Assembly: GCA_964414795.1 (NCBI GenBank)
Contig: CAYPWV010000001.1
Location: 5,221 to 69,220 of the forward strand
Reading direction: 5' to 3'
From: an uncultured Gammaproteobacteria bacterium
Lineage (GTDB): Bacteria > Patescibacteriota > Patescibacteriia > UBA9934
DNA: 64,000 nucleotides
Shown here: positions 39,352-49,762 of the stretch, piece by piece
Layout: each line of letters starts with the position of its first letter
Numbering within the stretch: position 1 is the stretch's first letter
The notes under the pieces: model-generated
What the model was told of the DNA's origin: nothing
What the model saw: only the letters and a program-made list of their open reading frames with translations
The model's database searches: none
Made by a program: the position numbers and the translations under genes

Positions 39352-40353
39352 TTACGAGCTGCGCGTCAAGAGGAACTTATTTGCACGAATGTAATCAAGC
39401 GTCTTTTGCAAACCATCATCTAAACGCACGAGCGGAATCCAGCCTAATTTTTCTCGTGCTTTTTGCAGTGCGGGAAGCGCAAGCGGAATCATGTGCGCGG
39501 GCTGTGATTCGTACGTGATAGGAACGGTTACTCCGGCAAGCTCCATGATTTTTGTTGCGATGTCAGCAATGCGTACATCGGCATCGTTTCCAATATTTAC
39601 CGGACCAATGCCCTTTTCTGCTTTCATGAGCCGCATAAGGCCGTCTACAATATCGGTAACATACGTGAGCGATGTTGCACTTGTTTCATCTCCCGCAATG
39701 ATAATGGGCGTTTCATCAAGAACGTTGAGCACAAAGTCGGGAATTTGATGACCATGGAATAGTGGCATACGCGGACCGTACGTTCTAAAAATGCGCGCAA
39801 TTTTTCCGTCGATTCCCTGCACGGCTTCGTAGGTTGCAGTCATGGTTTCTGCAAAACGTTTTCCTTCGTTAAAGCAGCCGCGAGGATTGAGGTGATCAAA
39901 CATGCCGAGCGCGTCTTCTTTTACCATGGCATGATCTTGATGACTTCCGTAAATGGTTGCGGAAGACGCAAGAAGAAACTTTGCACTGTACTTTACTGCA
40001 ACATCCAGCACGTTTTTCATACCCACGGAATTGCTCAGCACTGCGTGCATGCGAAACTTTTCGTAGTTTTTTACCGATGTGGGCATGGCAAGATGATAGA
40101 TCTCTTGGATGCCTACAAACTTCACTTTAAATGGATCAAGCTCGGAAAAAGATTCAATCTGAAAAGGGTCGTTAATGTTGAGTTTAAGAAATTGAAAATC
40201 AGGATTGCGTAAAAACGCATCGATATTGAGCAAATTTCCTGTAGAAATATCATCAATGCAAATAACGCGATTTCCTTCCCGGAGCAGCGCTTCGCACAAA
40301 AAAGAACCAATAAATCCCGCACCTCCGGTAACGAGAACATTCTTCTTTTCCAT
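39352..40353 (-). CDS. NAD-dependent epimerase/dehydratase, UDP-glucuronate decarboxylase (UXS)-like
   Basis: VLVTGGAGFIGS Rossmann motif, SDR extended family, 333 aa. Confidence 0.7.
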   Translation of the reverse strand: MEKKNVLVTGGAGFIGSFLCEALLREGNRVICIDDISTGNLLNIDAFLRNPDFQFLKLNINDPFQIESFSELDPFKVKFVGIQEIYHLAMPTSVKNYEKFRMHAVLSNSVGMKNVLDVAVKYSAKFLLASSATIYGSHQDHAMVKEDALGMFDHLNPRGCFNEGKRFAETMTATYEAVQGIDGKIARIFRTYGPRMPLFHGHQIPDFVLNVLDETPIIIAGDETSATSLTYVTDIVDGLMRLMKAEKGIGPVNIGNDADVRIADIATKIMELAGVTVPITYESQPAHMIPLALPALQKAREKLGWIPLVRLDDGLQKTLDYIRANKFLLTRSS

Positions 40354-40366
40354 AGATACGCCTATT

Positions 40367-42454
40367 TTACCATGCGGACATCCACGTTCCGGCTACCGGA
40401 ACAATGTCCTTCAGCTCTCCCATAAGCGAGCCCTCTGGCGTCCATACCTGCACACTTCCCGCATGTCCATGCGGTGCGGTAACAATATCCCACACTCCGT
40501 CCACATCAATATCCGCAACAGAAACTGTGGTACCACCATCATCAGTTATATCGGTAATAAAAAACTCCTTCCAAAGTGCACCGATATAATTAAAGATACG
40601 CACATGCCCTGCACCTCCGGTAAGCGGACCAATCACAATTTCATCTCGTGCATCATCATCAAAGTCCCCTGCACTTAACGAAAGACCGGCGGTCATCTTT
40701 TCTGCATACGCAAGAAAATCTACCAGATGCGTTCCGTCTGCGTTATACACGGCAACACGAGGCTCGTGGTCTTGTGCAGCAATAACAATTTCTTTCTCCC
40801 AGTCTCGATCAACGTCCGCAACCGCAACGGTAAAGCGCGTCCCCTCTACAAATCCATCTACGGTAAATCGAGAAAATTCATTCCCGCTTTGATCAAAAAT
40901 AACCACATCATTACTTACTCCCGCGCCTACTGCAGTTACAATTTCTTCAATGCCATCTCCTGTTACGTCCCCAATCGCAGCTGAAACGCCCTGGAGCGAA
41001 GATTCGTCATACGCAAAGAATTGCTTCTTTAGCCCTCCTGATGCCGTAAAAACGCGCACTTGTGGTCCACCTCCTACGCCGGGCGTTGCAACAATTTCAA
41101 CGGCATTATCATCATTCAAATCGTCGGTTGCAGTCTGTACTCCCCCAGTAAATACTTCATCAAATGCAAGGAATGATGCATATTTTATACCGTCCGCACG
41201 CCACACATTTACCCACGGGGCACTTCCTGCGCGTGCCCCGAGCGCCATGTACGAATCATGTGCATCTGGGAAATCGTTGATTAGTTCGGTTGTGGTCGTG
41301 GTGTCTGTGGGATCAGATTGTATATCCGCCCCCGAAGACGTGGACGAACCCTGATTTGCAACTAGCACCCCCGCAGTTTCAAGTGCGCGAGCAATATTAA
41401 TGCGCCCCGCACCCAAAGATCCAGAGCCCGCAAAAGGATACGCAGGATCTACACTGAGTTTTAATGCGGAACGTACATTATCAACAGAAATAGTGGGATA
41501 CGCACTTTTCAAAAGCGCCGCAGCTCCTGCAACAATGGGGCTTGCCATAGACGTTCCGTTCCACGGTCCAATATACAAATCGCGATCATCCGCACTTGCT
41601 CCATCTTCGGCATACTCCAAACCAAAAATGTCTTCTCCGGGCGCTGCAATATCAGCGCAATCTGAACCGTAATTGGTAAAATCGCTTTCTTGATCGGCGC
41701 TATTTGTTGCCGTTACACCAATCACCCAATCAGCTGCATTACTACGCAAACATGCCGGATATACCGGCTCATCATTCACGTTTTGCGTATCGTTTCCGAG
41801 GGCCGCAACAACAACGACATCGTGTTCGTACGCATTCTGCACCGCATTACGTAACGATGCATTCGTTTCATTTCCTACAAAACTTAAATTAATAACATTC
41901 GCACCATTTTTTACCGCATAATTTATCGCAGTAGCGGCATCCGCTTCGCTTCCTGCGCCATTTTCATCCAAAATACGAATGGGCATAATATGCACATCCC
42001 ACGCAATTCCCGTATATCCTCGATGATTATTCCCTACTGCACCGATAATTCCCGCAACTACCGATCCATGCGATTGCGCGCTTGGATCAAGCGAATCTTC
42101 GAGCATAGGTTCTGGCACATTATCATCATCAACAAAATCCCATCCCTGCACATCATCAATAAAGCCGTTTCTATCATCGTCTTTATTATTATCGGAAATT
42201 TCTTTGGTATTTTCCCAAAGATTTACTTCTAAATCAGGGTGCGTAAGCGCAACACCGGTATCGAGCACCGCAACCACAACGCTATCACTTCCCGTTGTCA
42301 CATCCCACGCATCCGGAGCAGAAATATGAGGCAAATACCATAAATCTCCATACTGCGTATCATTGGGCGTACGAGCAAACGCCAAGGAAGGAATAAAAAA
42401 ACTCACACCGACGAGCACTGCACAGATTCTACGCATATAACCACAGTATGACAT
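40367..42454 (-). CDS. Secreted subtilisin-like serine protease (S8) with C-terminal FG-GAP/VCBS-like repeats
   Basis: Catalytic-triad regions VAVLDTGV (Asp), HGSVVAGIIGA (His), GTSMASPIVAGAAALL (Ser). Signal peptide. Repeated GD..GDGIEEIV / DFDDDARDEIV motifs. Confidence 0.8.
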   Translation of the reverse strand: MSYCGYMRRICAVLVGVSFFIPSLAFARTPNDTQYGDLWYLPHISAPDAWDVTTGSDSVVVAVLDTGVALTHPDLEVNLWENTKEISDNNKDDDRNGFIDDVQGWDFVDDDNVPEPMLEDSLDPSAQSHGSVVAGIIGAVGNNHRGYTGIAWDVHIMPIRILDENGAGSEADAATAINYAVKNGANVINLSFVGNETNASLRNAVQNAYEHDVVVVAALGNDTQNVNDEPVYPACLRSNAADWVIGVTATNSADQESDFTNYGSDCADIAAPGEDIFGLEYAEDGASADDRDLYIGPWNGTSMASPIVAGAAALLKSAYPTISVDNVRSALKLSVDPAYPFAGSGSLGAGRINIARALETAGVLVANQGSSTSSGADIQSDPTDTTTTTELINDFPDAHDSYMALGARAGSAPWVNVWRADGIKYASFLAFDEVFTGGVQTATDDLNDDNAVEIVATPGVGGGPQVRVFTASGGLKKQFFAYDESSLQGVSAAIGDVTGDGIEEIVTAVGAGVSNDVVIFDQSGNEFSRFTVDGFVEGTRFTVAVADVDRDWEKEIVIAAQDHEPRVAVYNADGTHLVDFLAYAEKMTAGLSLSAGDFDDDARDEIVIGPLTGGAGHVRIFNYIGALWKEFFITDITDDGGTTVSVADIDVDGVWDIVTAPHGHAGSVQVWTPEGSLMGELKDIVPVAGTWMSAW

Positions 42455-42513
42455 ACAAACAAAATACCGACGCTTTCGATTTGCAACTATGTACGTACAG
42501 GCGGTTGCTTGTA

Positions 42514-42536
42514 CGGGCGGGTTTTAAACCCACCCC
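42514..42536. repeat. Family E hairpin (GGGCGGGTTTTAAACCCACCC) immediately after the stop of the TPR gene
   Basis: Seen directly. It acts as a likely terminator hairpin for a minus-strand gene. Confidence 0.6.
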
Positions 42537-43300
42537 TACTCTGCGGTATGCAACTCCGGCGCCTTCCCATCATCTTCAGTAACATTCATCGCTTTACATG
42601 CGGCTATTGCAGCTTTTGCCTCATCAATCACTTGCTGACGAATTTCATCGGTTGTCGCAAGATCTTCTGCCACATCAAAATGATCGCGCGACCGATCACA
42701 ATCTCCTGCATCGGCATACCAATTTCCGAGTCCAATCATGTTAAACATCTTTCGCCCAAGTATTTCTACCGATTGCTCGTACAATTCTTTTACTTTATCA
42801 CGTTCATCGGGAAATTGCTGGGTGAGAATGCGAATAGCATCACGATATGTTGTTTCAATTGGCGTAAGTTCTACCGCGCGCAAATAGGCATTTTTTGCAT
42901 TTTCATAGTCTTGCATTGTAAACAATGTGTAGCCATAAGAACTCCACGTTGCACTGTTGAGCGAATTATACGTAAGAGATGCTTCAAGCGATTCACGCGC
43001 AAGAACTAAGTCACCCAAAATAAGTGCATCGCTTGCAATGGCATTATATAGATCGGTATTGATTTCTTGTCCCGCATCTTTTGATGCTTGGATGGAAGCC
43101 TGAGCTGTTGCAATACGCTGTTGTGCAAGTGTACGAACACCTTCGTCTGACTGCACATCTATGTGCGTTATCAATCCTTTGTACGGATCTTGATTCGTCC
43201 AAGAGTAGACGCCAATTCCGAGTGCAATAAGAACTGCAAGAACTGCTGCGGAAAAAATGTACTGTTCGCGAGAAAATTTCATATAAAGAAATGGTAGCAA
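42536..43300 (-). CDS. TPR-like repeat protein with N-terminal TM anchor
   Basis: Helical repeat content (tetratricopeptide-like AYLRAVEL..., YNSLNSATWSSYGY); weak. Confidence 0.4.
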   Translation of the reverse strand: MLPFLYMKFSREQYIFSAAVLAVLIALGIGVYSWTNQDPYKGLITHIDVQSDEGVRTLAQQRIATAQASIQASKDAGQEINTDLYNAIASDALILGDLVLARESLEASLTYNSLNSATWSSYGYTLFTMQDYENAKNAYLRAVELTPIETTYRDAIRILTQQFPDERDKVKELYEQSVEILGRKMFNMIGLGNWYADAGDCDRSRDHFDVAEDLATTDEIRQQVIDEAKAAIAACKAMNVTEDDGKAPELHTAE

Positions 43301-43389
43301 AAAATTCCCTAAAAACCAAACCCCCCGCAGCTCCGAAGAGCGACGGGGGTTTTTGGCGTTCGCATCAGACTTCTTACGAAGAATGAGGT

Positions 43390-46300
43390 TTAGAACCGTA
43401 CTGATGAAGCACCGCTGAAGTCAGTGATGTCGACGAGGTATGCACCCCACCAGTCATCCTGGCCACCAACAGAACCGGACACACCATCATCCTTCCACAT
43501 GAAGGAAGCTGGCATGCGGTCAACGTCATCAGCCGCATCGTTGTTTGTACCAGCACTGTCACGTGCGGTGTTCAAGTAGCCACGAACAACGGTAAGGTCG
43601 TTCGTTGCAATGTTCACCAAGAGCATAAGCTCATCACCCGAAGCACAAGCGTTGTCAGCCGTGTCCATACAGAGAATATCTCCAATGGTGTAGGCAGCGC
43701 CGCTCGTTACACTGAGTGTAGTGTCAGTTGCTGTTACGTTGCTCTCGTTGAGGTCGCTTGCTGAGAGGAAGCTTGCTGCAGCAATGATCGGATCAGCTAC
43801 GATCTCGAACAATACGCTGTCATTATCAGCGCTTGCACCAGCCGCACTCATGTAGAGCGAATACGTCTTGGTGGTTCCCGCTGGAACAACTTCATCAGCA
43901 CTAAAGGTTGCCCGTACGTAAGTGAGATCTGCTGCGGTACCATCACACACTGCACCCGTAGACTTATAGAGAGTCCACGCTGCGTCTGCGGTGTCAAGAG
44001 CAGTCGTGAGGTTCGAACGATCATAGATGTCGAACTCAGTAGATGCCTTAACGTAGGTGCCAGGAGAAGAAGTATCACACGTATTCCAGTCAGATGCGGT
44101 CGTATCGGTAGCGGTCAACTTAAAGAGGACGCTATCCATAACCACATCTTCGCTAGAAGTTGCGGACACATTGAAACGAAGTACTTCAGGACGTCCACCT
44201 GCAACACCAGAGGTTGGGGAAGAGGAAGAACGAGCCACAGAAGGGTAAGATTCTTTTACTACGAAGGTAGGAACCAAATCGGTTGCGAATGCATCGTCAC
44301 CAATTGCGGATGCCTGATCATCGTCATCAAGAGTAGAACCCGATCCATCACCCGTTACCTGGAAGTTATCATCGCCCGTTGTGTCTACAAAGAGACCCAT
44401 ACGAACCATTTCGTTTGATGTTGCCGATCCACCAGACACACGGTCGGTAGAAGGAACATTCACATACACTTCAACATCGGTAGGTTCATCAACTGCTACA
44501 GGGATCGAGAGACCCGAGAAGCGAGCTGCATTTCCTGACATAGATGCGCTTGGAGCAGAACCCTCCATGCCATCCCATGCAAGAGAAACCGTGGAAACGT
44601 TGTTTGCATATGCACTTGAATCTGCAGTTCCTGTATCATCCTCAGCTTGCTCTTCAGAGAAGGAAAGCGTGTTGATAGTGAATGCTTCGTTCGTTGCCGT
44701 GAAGCGGTACGTTCCTACGTGGTTGTTTGAAGAACCGGTACGAAGGAAGTCTGCATCTGGCATGTCTGCAGCAACTGCTACAGAGAGCGATCCGGATGCG
44801 TTTACCGAAACAATGTTTGTTGCTGCGGTACCACCGTTTACTGCATCACCCGTTGCCGTTACCGTGTCACCATCTTCATCTTCTGCGGTAATGTCGGCGC
44901 TAACGTCGGCAAGATCAAAAGAGAGATAGGTAACCGTAGCTTCGGAAGGGTTTGCAAGATTACACTCTACATTCAAGGTAACTACATCGGATGATTCAAG
45001 GATCCAATCCATGTTGTCGAAGGTGATGGTGTTACCCGTTGAAGCAGGAGCTTCAGGACCACCTACAAGCGTACTGCCATCGTAAAGAGAGCAGGACTCA
45101 ACATAATCTTCTACCTGACCATCTGTTTCACCACCAAGTACCAACGTGGTGTCGTCAGCATCTCCATAAGCGGAGAGCACAATGTCGGTAACCGTTACAT
45201 CGGAGGAGTCACCTGCCGTTACAGTAAAGCCTACAACCGTATGGCTGTCGGTACCCTGAACGGTCGTGGTGTCACCTGGCGTAGAAGCCAAAGCGATTGT
45301 AAGGGAAGCGGACAATGCTTCTTGGTTATAACCGGTAAGGTCAGAACCAGGAACGATGTCAGATCCAGAAAGTGCGTCACCATTGCCGTCTTCGATCGAA
45401 AGACCGGAAACGTCAAGAGCAGCAGCAAATTCGGTACCCGAAGTTGCAGAGCTATCAATGTCTGCAGTAACTGCAAGGTTCAAGGTTGAACCCGCTTCAA
45501 TTGTGGTGTCGTCCGTGAAGTCGATGGTTTGATCTGCGTCATCACCTGCGGTGACTGCAGAATCAAGTTCCAAAGGACCCATGAATACAGCACCGGTATC
45601 TACGTTGATGATCTTGATATCTTTCAAGTTTGCATCAGCCGTGTTGATCAAACCGTCAGCATCAGAAGCTGCGGCACCAGAGGAATCATCTACTGCATCA
45701 GTTGCATCGTTATCGCCGTCGTCATCACCGTACACGATGATGTCGAGGTCCTTAACGGTAACTTCCTGAGCTGCGGTAAGAGAGAACTCCAAGAGAACCT
45801 GATCTTGACCATCAACCTGAACGTCGCCTGCGGAAGGACCATTAAATGCGAACGTTACTTCGCCACCCTGCACGGTACTGAATGAACAGTTACCGGAAGA
45901 AGTGGTACAAGAAGTACCGTCGTATGAACCGGAGTCTGCGGAAGCGATGTACACCGTGAGGCCATGACCGTAGTCACCACCCTCAGCAACAACGTCAATC
46001 GCATTGTCTACGAATACCTTAACGGTATCTGCATCTTGACCACCGATATCAGCGGAAAGACGGAAGATATTGCTGTCACCTTCTTCGATGTCAAATGGAC
46101 TATCGGAAAGATCACAAACAACCTGATCGCTCACGGTGTTTTCACACACAACGAGCCATTCAGAACCATCCCATAGGTTGTAATCTGAGTGATCGGAAGC
46201 GTTATCAACCTTGAGGGTGATAAGTTCTACCGAAGCATCTTCAGAACCCGTTGCATCGATTTTGAACTCTGCAATTTCTGCATCGTCTTCACCGATGGTT

Positions 46301-47523
46301 GGGTTATCAATGGTACCCGTCTTGGTAATGGTTACGTTACCGGAATCAGATCCAGAAAGCGTAAATTCATCACCAGAAACTGGGAAGTCTCCGTCTACAT
46401 CACCAGAAGCGGTGATCATCTCTGCAGATTCAATTTCGAATCCGAAAGTGTCAGCCGCGGTTTGAGACGCAGAAACGGTTACCTTGACATCAAGAGTTAC
46501 CGTTTCACCTGCAGGGATCTCCACATCAAGCGAACTCATAGTAACTTCGCGTGTAGAAGAGTTCACCGTGCGAGATTCGGTAAGACGCGTTGCACCTTCG
46601 TAAAGGTACACTGCAGCAATATTGGTGGTAGCACCTGCACCTGTTAAGGAGAGGACAAGACCATCAAGTGTTGCATCCTCAGAACCTGCTTCAACGTCGA
46701 AAGAGAATACTTCAACGCCATTTGCGCCACCTGTTACGGTGGAACCTACTGGCATAGAAGAAGCTTCGGAGATAGTGATATCACCCGTTGTAGTAGGCTC
46801 ATCAGTTTCTTCGGTTTGTGCAGCATCTACAAGAGAGGTCACTTCCGAAGAAATGTCATCACCTGCAGTAAGTGCGCTGTCATCGATGCCGGAACCATCC
46901 AAAACGAATTTGGACATAAGACCATTAGCATCCATGCCATCATCACTTACCATACGCATTTCATCATCCCATGAAAGGTACGTATAGCTACCAGACTCGT
47001 AAAGAGCTCCTTCGTATACGGTAGCCTCCATAAGAGAGGTGCCTACGGTGTAATCTGCAAAGAATACATCAGGAACGTCAACAACTCGGCTGCTCCAATC
47101 GGAACCGGCAAAGTCTTCAGCGACGTCTTCAGATTCAATCCAGTGGAGCATGCCGTCGCGAGCAACTGCATACACACTTTCATCAGACTGTACCTTTACC
47201 CACCAAGAACCAGGACGCATAACCACGTTACCACCAAGGGTAATGTCGGAAAGAGCGCTGTCGGAGATGGTAGATACATCATCAAAGTCAGCGTACCAAG
47301 AGAAGAACGTGGTTTCGTTAGGGAATACGTAGCGCTCGCCGTCATAACCGTAGTAATAAACGGTGGAGAGAGACGTTCCCTTGATGAGATCGCCAGCAGA
47401 AGCTGCGCTCACCGATGCAGGGGAAACAAGAAGGCCTGCACCTACGGAGAAAGCAATGGTCGCCGCAGCTACTGCTGCAGAGAAAACACGCTTACCCGTT
47501 TGAAGAACATGTTGCATAAGCAA
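43390..47523 (-). CDS. Giant secreted acidic repeat protein (1377 aa), putative cell-surface/S-layer-like or adhesin
   Basis: Signal peptide (AFSVGAGLLVSPASVSAASA), then repetitive Thr/Ser/Asp/Gly-rich beta-type segments. No stops over 4.1 kb. Confidence 0.7.
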   Translation of the reverse strand: MLMQHVLQTGKRVFSAAVAAATIAFSVGAGLLVSPASVSAASAGDLIKGTSLSTVYYYGYDGERYVFPNETTFFSWYADFDDVSTISDSALSDITLGGNVVMRPGSWWVKVQSDESVYAVARDGMLHWIESEDVAEDFAGSDWSSRVVDVPDVFFADYTVGTSLMEATVYEGALYESGSYTYLSWDDEMRMVSDDGMDANGLMSKFVLDGSGIDDSALTAGDDISSEVTSLVDAAQTEETDEPTTTGDITISEASSMPVGSTVTGGANGVEVFSFDVEAGSEDATLDGLVLSLTGAGATTNIAAVYLYEGATRLTESRTVNSSTREVTMSSLDVEIPAGETVTLDVKVTVSASQTAADTFGFEIESAEMITASGDVDGDFPVSGDEFTLSGSDSGNVTITKTGTIDNPTIGEDDAEIAEFKIDATGSEDASVELITLKVDNASDHSDYNLWDGSEWLVVCENTVSDQVVCDLSDSPFDIEEGDSNIFRLSADIGGQDADTVKVFVDNAIDVVAEGGDYGHGLTVYIASADSGSYDGTSCTTSSGNCSFSTVQGGEVTFAFNGPSAGDVQVDGQDQVLLEFSLTAAQEVTVKDLDIIVYGDDDGDNDATDAVDDSSGAAASDADGLINTADANLKDIKIINVDTGAVFMGPLELDSAVTAGDDADQTIDFTDDTTIEAGSTLNLAVTADIDSSATSGTEFAAALDVSGLSIEDGNGDALSGSDIVPGSDLTGYNQEALSASLTIALASTPGDTTTVQGTDSHTVVGFTVTAGDSSDVTVTDIVLSAYGDADDTTLVLGGETDGQVEDYVESCSLYDGSTLVGGPEAPASTGNTITFDNMDWILESSDVVTLNVECNLANPSEATVTYLSFDLADVSADITAEDEDGDTVTATGDAVNGGTAATNIVSVNASGSLSVAVAADMPDADFLRTGSSNNHVGTYRFTATNEAFTINTLSFSEEQAEDDTGTADSSAYANNVSTVSLAWDGMEGSAPSASMSGNAARFSGLSIPVAVDEPTDVEVYVNVPSTDRVSGGSATSNEMVRMGLFVDTTGDDNFQVTGDGSGSTLDDDDQASAIGDDAFATDLVPTFVVKESYPSVARSSSSPTSGVAGGRPEVLRFNVSATSSEDVVMDSVLFKLTATDTTASDWNTCDTSSPGTYVKASTEFDIYDRSNLTTALDTADAAWTLYKSTGAVCDGTAADLTYVRATFSADEVVPAGTTKTYSLYMSAAGASADNDSVLFEIVADPIIAAASFLSASDLNESNVTATDTTLSVTSGAAYTIGDILCMDTADNACASGDELMLLVNIATNDLTVVRGYLNTARDSAGTNNDAADDVDRMPASFMWKDDGVSGSVGGQDDWWGAYLVDITDFSGASSVRF

Positions 47524-47695
47524 TAAAGAATTGGCTCTTTTACCCCAGAGCCGGGGGTGAGTGTGAAGAAGGACAAAGCCGGCCCTGCGGCCTCGACTTT
47601 TACTGGATTTGTCAGGGATGCGAACGCCATCCCTTCAGAGGCCATCACGTGGGGTGATGATGTCTAAAGGAAGGGTGTTGTAGAGGCGGGGGTAG

Positions 47696-47716
47696 GGGCG
47701 GGTTTTAAACCCGCCC
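47696..47716. repeat. Family E hairpin (GGGGCGGGTTTTAAACCCGCCC) after the stop of the anti-sigma-like gene and inside the 5' leader of the giant gene
   Basis: Seen directly. Confidence 0.6.
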
Positions 47717-47738
47717 GTACAAGCCCCCCGCCCTTGCG

Positions 47739-48842
47739 CTAGGGCTGCGTCATAAGTGCTGCGATAATCGTTTCTTCGACCAGCGTGAGATTGCCTTCTA
47801 TCTCTGCAAGAGAAACGTCCATTTCGCCAAGCGCATCAAGCGCCGAACGGAAACCTCCCGCAGCAAAGTTATCCATGAGAAGAGGAATTACAGCGTCCAT
47901 ATCTGCAACATTATCTTTCATGGCAGTGAAAACGGATTTCTTAGGAAGTACTACTCCCGCTTGCGCAAGAAGAGCCTTTTGCTCCATAGAAATTTGTTCA
48001 ATTTTACTTATACGATGGAACACCATTGCACGGCGTGCTTCAATAGATCCAAGTGTTGTGCGAAATAAACTTTCCATTTCACGTTTTGATTCTTCGCTTG
48101 GAGAAACTTCGTGTGATTTTATTGCGACATCGGTTGCAACTTCAGCGATAGCATCAGTCGTTTCTGCAACTTGTTCAGCAACATCTTGCGACTGCACGTC
48201 ACCTTCTACAATAACGACATCTTCCAAAGAGAGATGATCGACGAACGCTGGTGACACCGTGAGCTGTTCTGCGGATTCATTAAGCACCGCGACTTGATCG
48301 AGCACATTTGCCGCGGTAGTAAGTGCTTGTGTTTGATTTTGTGTTTGGAGTGTTTGTAAATCTGTTGTAGCAGAAGCAATTTCTTCTTGATATGCAGTGA
48401 CCGTTTGGGAAATATAGTGTGCACGACCTGGCTCTTCACCAACAACCCGCTGCAACGCCGCAACTTCTTCAAGGCGATTACCCGCAAATTCGGTATGCAA
48501 TACCGCACGACGATCAAGAGATGCAAGTTGCAGCTGCGCGCGCTCCGCAATAAGTTTTACATTGTAGAGCGTATCTCCCGGCAAGCTGGATTGTGCCGCA
48601 GAAGTGGTCATCCATCCGCCCGTAAGAAACACAAAAGCCGCAGCACTAATTGCTACCGGCTTATAAATAAAGGATTGCGCAAACACCGCAAACGATCCGG
48701 TTGCAGAAGGAGCTGATTCAAACACCGCATCGGGCAACGCAGAAAGAAGACGCGCGCGTGCTTGGGCATGCTCCGTAGCATCAACTGCACCTGCCAAGGG
48801 CAGGTTTTTTGCTTTTCGCAATGCAGAAGGAAGGAAAAACAC
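47739..48842 (-). CDS. Membrane-anchored protein downstream of the ECF sigma factor (anti-sigma/DUF5667-like), low confidence
   Basis: Single TM (FVFLTGGWMTT) after an N-terminal cytoplasmic segment, coiled-coil rich C-terminus. Typical gene order sigma then anti-sigma. Confidence 0.4.
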   Translation of the reverse strand: MFFLPSALRKAKNLPLAGAVDATEHAQARARLLSALPDAVFESAPSATGSFAVFAQSFIYKPVAISAAAFVFLTGGWMTTSAAQSSLPGDTLYNVKLIAERAQLQLASLDRRAVLHTEFAGNRLEEVAALQRVVGEEPGRAHYISQTVTAYQEEIASATTDLQTLQTQNQTQALTTAANVLDQVAVLNESAEQLTVSPAFVDHLSLEDVVIVEGDVQSQDVAEQVAETTDAIAEVATDVAIKSHEVSPSEESKREMESLFRTTLGSIEARRAMVFHRISKIEQISMEQKALLAQAGVVLPKKSVFTAMKDNVADMDAVIPLLMDNFAAGGFRSALDALGEMDVSLAEIEGNLTLVEETIIAALMTQP

Positions 48843-48845
48843 AGG

Positions 48846-49379
48846 CTAAGGATGTACTATTTTTTTTAACGCAGCTTTTGCACGATGCAAAAGCACACGA
48901 ATATTGTTGGGAGTTTTTGTGAGTGCTGTTGCAATTTCTTCTATGTCCATTTCACTGAGGTATCGCATGGTGAGTACTTCTTGATATTCCTCTTTCAGCG
49001 TTTTGAGCGCAACGATTATCTGCTCACCTGCGAGATGTATATCGAGTGCGTCGGGAATATTCGTTGCATCTTGAAGAGAGGCTTCAAGCACTTCGGTAAG
49101 CGCTTCGGGAGTTTTCTTTCGATAGAAATCTGCGATAAGATTTCTTGCGATACGAAAGAGCAACGCGCCTACATCTTCTACCATGCTTGATGTCATGTAT
49201 TCCCATGCACGGAGAAACGTTTCGTGAAGCAAATCTTCTGCATCTTCCTTACGAGGAAGTTTAAAAAAGAGAAACTTACGAATACGATCTGCGTACAGGT
49301 CGTACAGCTCTCCATATGCTTGACCATCGCGTGCGGTAAAAACACGCTTGGAAAGATATTTCGTGCGATATCCTGACAT
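48846..49379 (-). CDS. ECF-type RNA polymerase sigma-70 factor
   Basis: Region 2 (LLHETFLRAWEY...) and region 4 HTH (LTMRYLSEMDIEEIATALTKTPNNIRVLLHRAKAAL). Confidence 0.8.
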   Translation of the reverse strand: MSGYRTKYLSKRVFTARDGQAYGELYDLYADRIRKFLFFKLPRKEDAEDLLHETFLRAWEYMTSSMVEDVGALLFRIARNLIADFYRKKTPEALTEVLEASLQDATNIPDALDIHLAGEQIIVALKTLKEEYQEVLTMRYLSEMDIEEIATALTKTPNNIRVLLHRAKAALKKIVHP

Positions 49380-49499
49380 GTAAGTAGACGTACGAGGCGA
49401 AGAATTATTACAGTACGGATTTTTACCCCCAAAAATCCTGTACAATATACCCGGTACGAAAGATGTAGGATACGGAAATTAGACCAAAAATGCAAGACT

Positions 49500-49736
49500 A
49501 TGCCCTCCCCTGTCTCTATCCGTCTTTCGGTGTCGGAAGCCGCAAAATTCCTTGGCGTAAGCACAAGAACCATTCGCAGAGCCATTCTTGCCGATGCGGT
49601 TACCTATGTAGTCGTTCAAGATCGCTATAAAATTACACTTGCCTCCCTATTATCATGGGCGGAACAGACCGCAACCGTAAAAAAGAAGCTTAATACCGTG
49701 GGTTTTGGAGCTTTTGTTGAGAGATGGAAAACGTAA
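49500..49736 (+). CDS. Small HTH DNA-binding protein (excisionase/MerR-like HTH_17)
   Basis: LSVSEAAKFLGVSTRTIRRAI helix-turn-helix. Confidence 0.55.
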   Translation: MPSPVSIRLSVSEAAKFLGVSTRTIRRAILADAVTYVVVQDRYKITLASLLSWAEQTATVKKKLNTVGFGAFVERWKT

Positions 49737-49761
49737 AGACGGCCCGACGGGCCGTCTTTAC
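49735..49761. terminator. Bidirectional intrinsic terminator (AAAGACGGCCCG-ACG-GGCCGTCTTT)
   Basis: Perfect hairpin flanked by A/T runs between convergent genes. Confidence 0.7.
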
Positions 49762-49762
49762 A

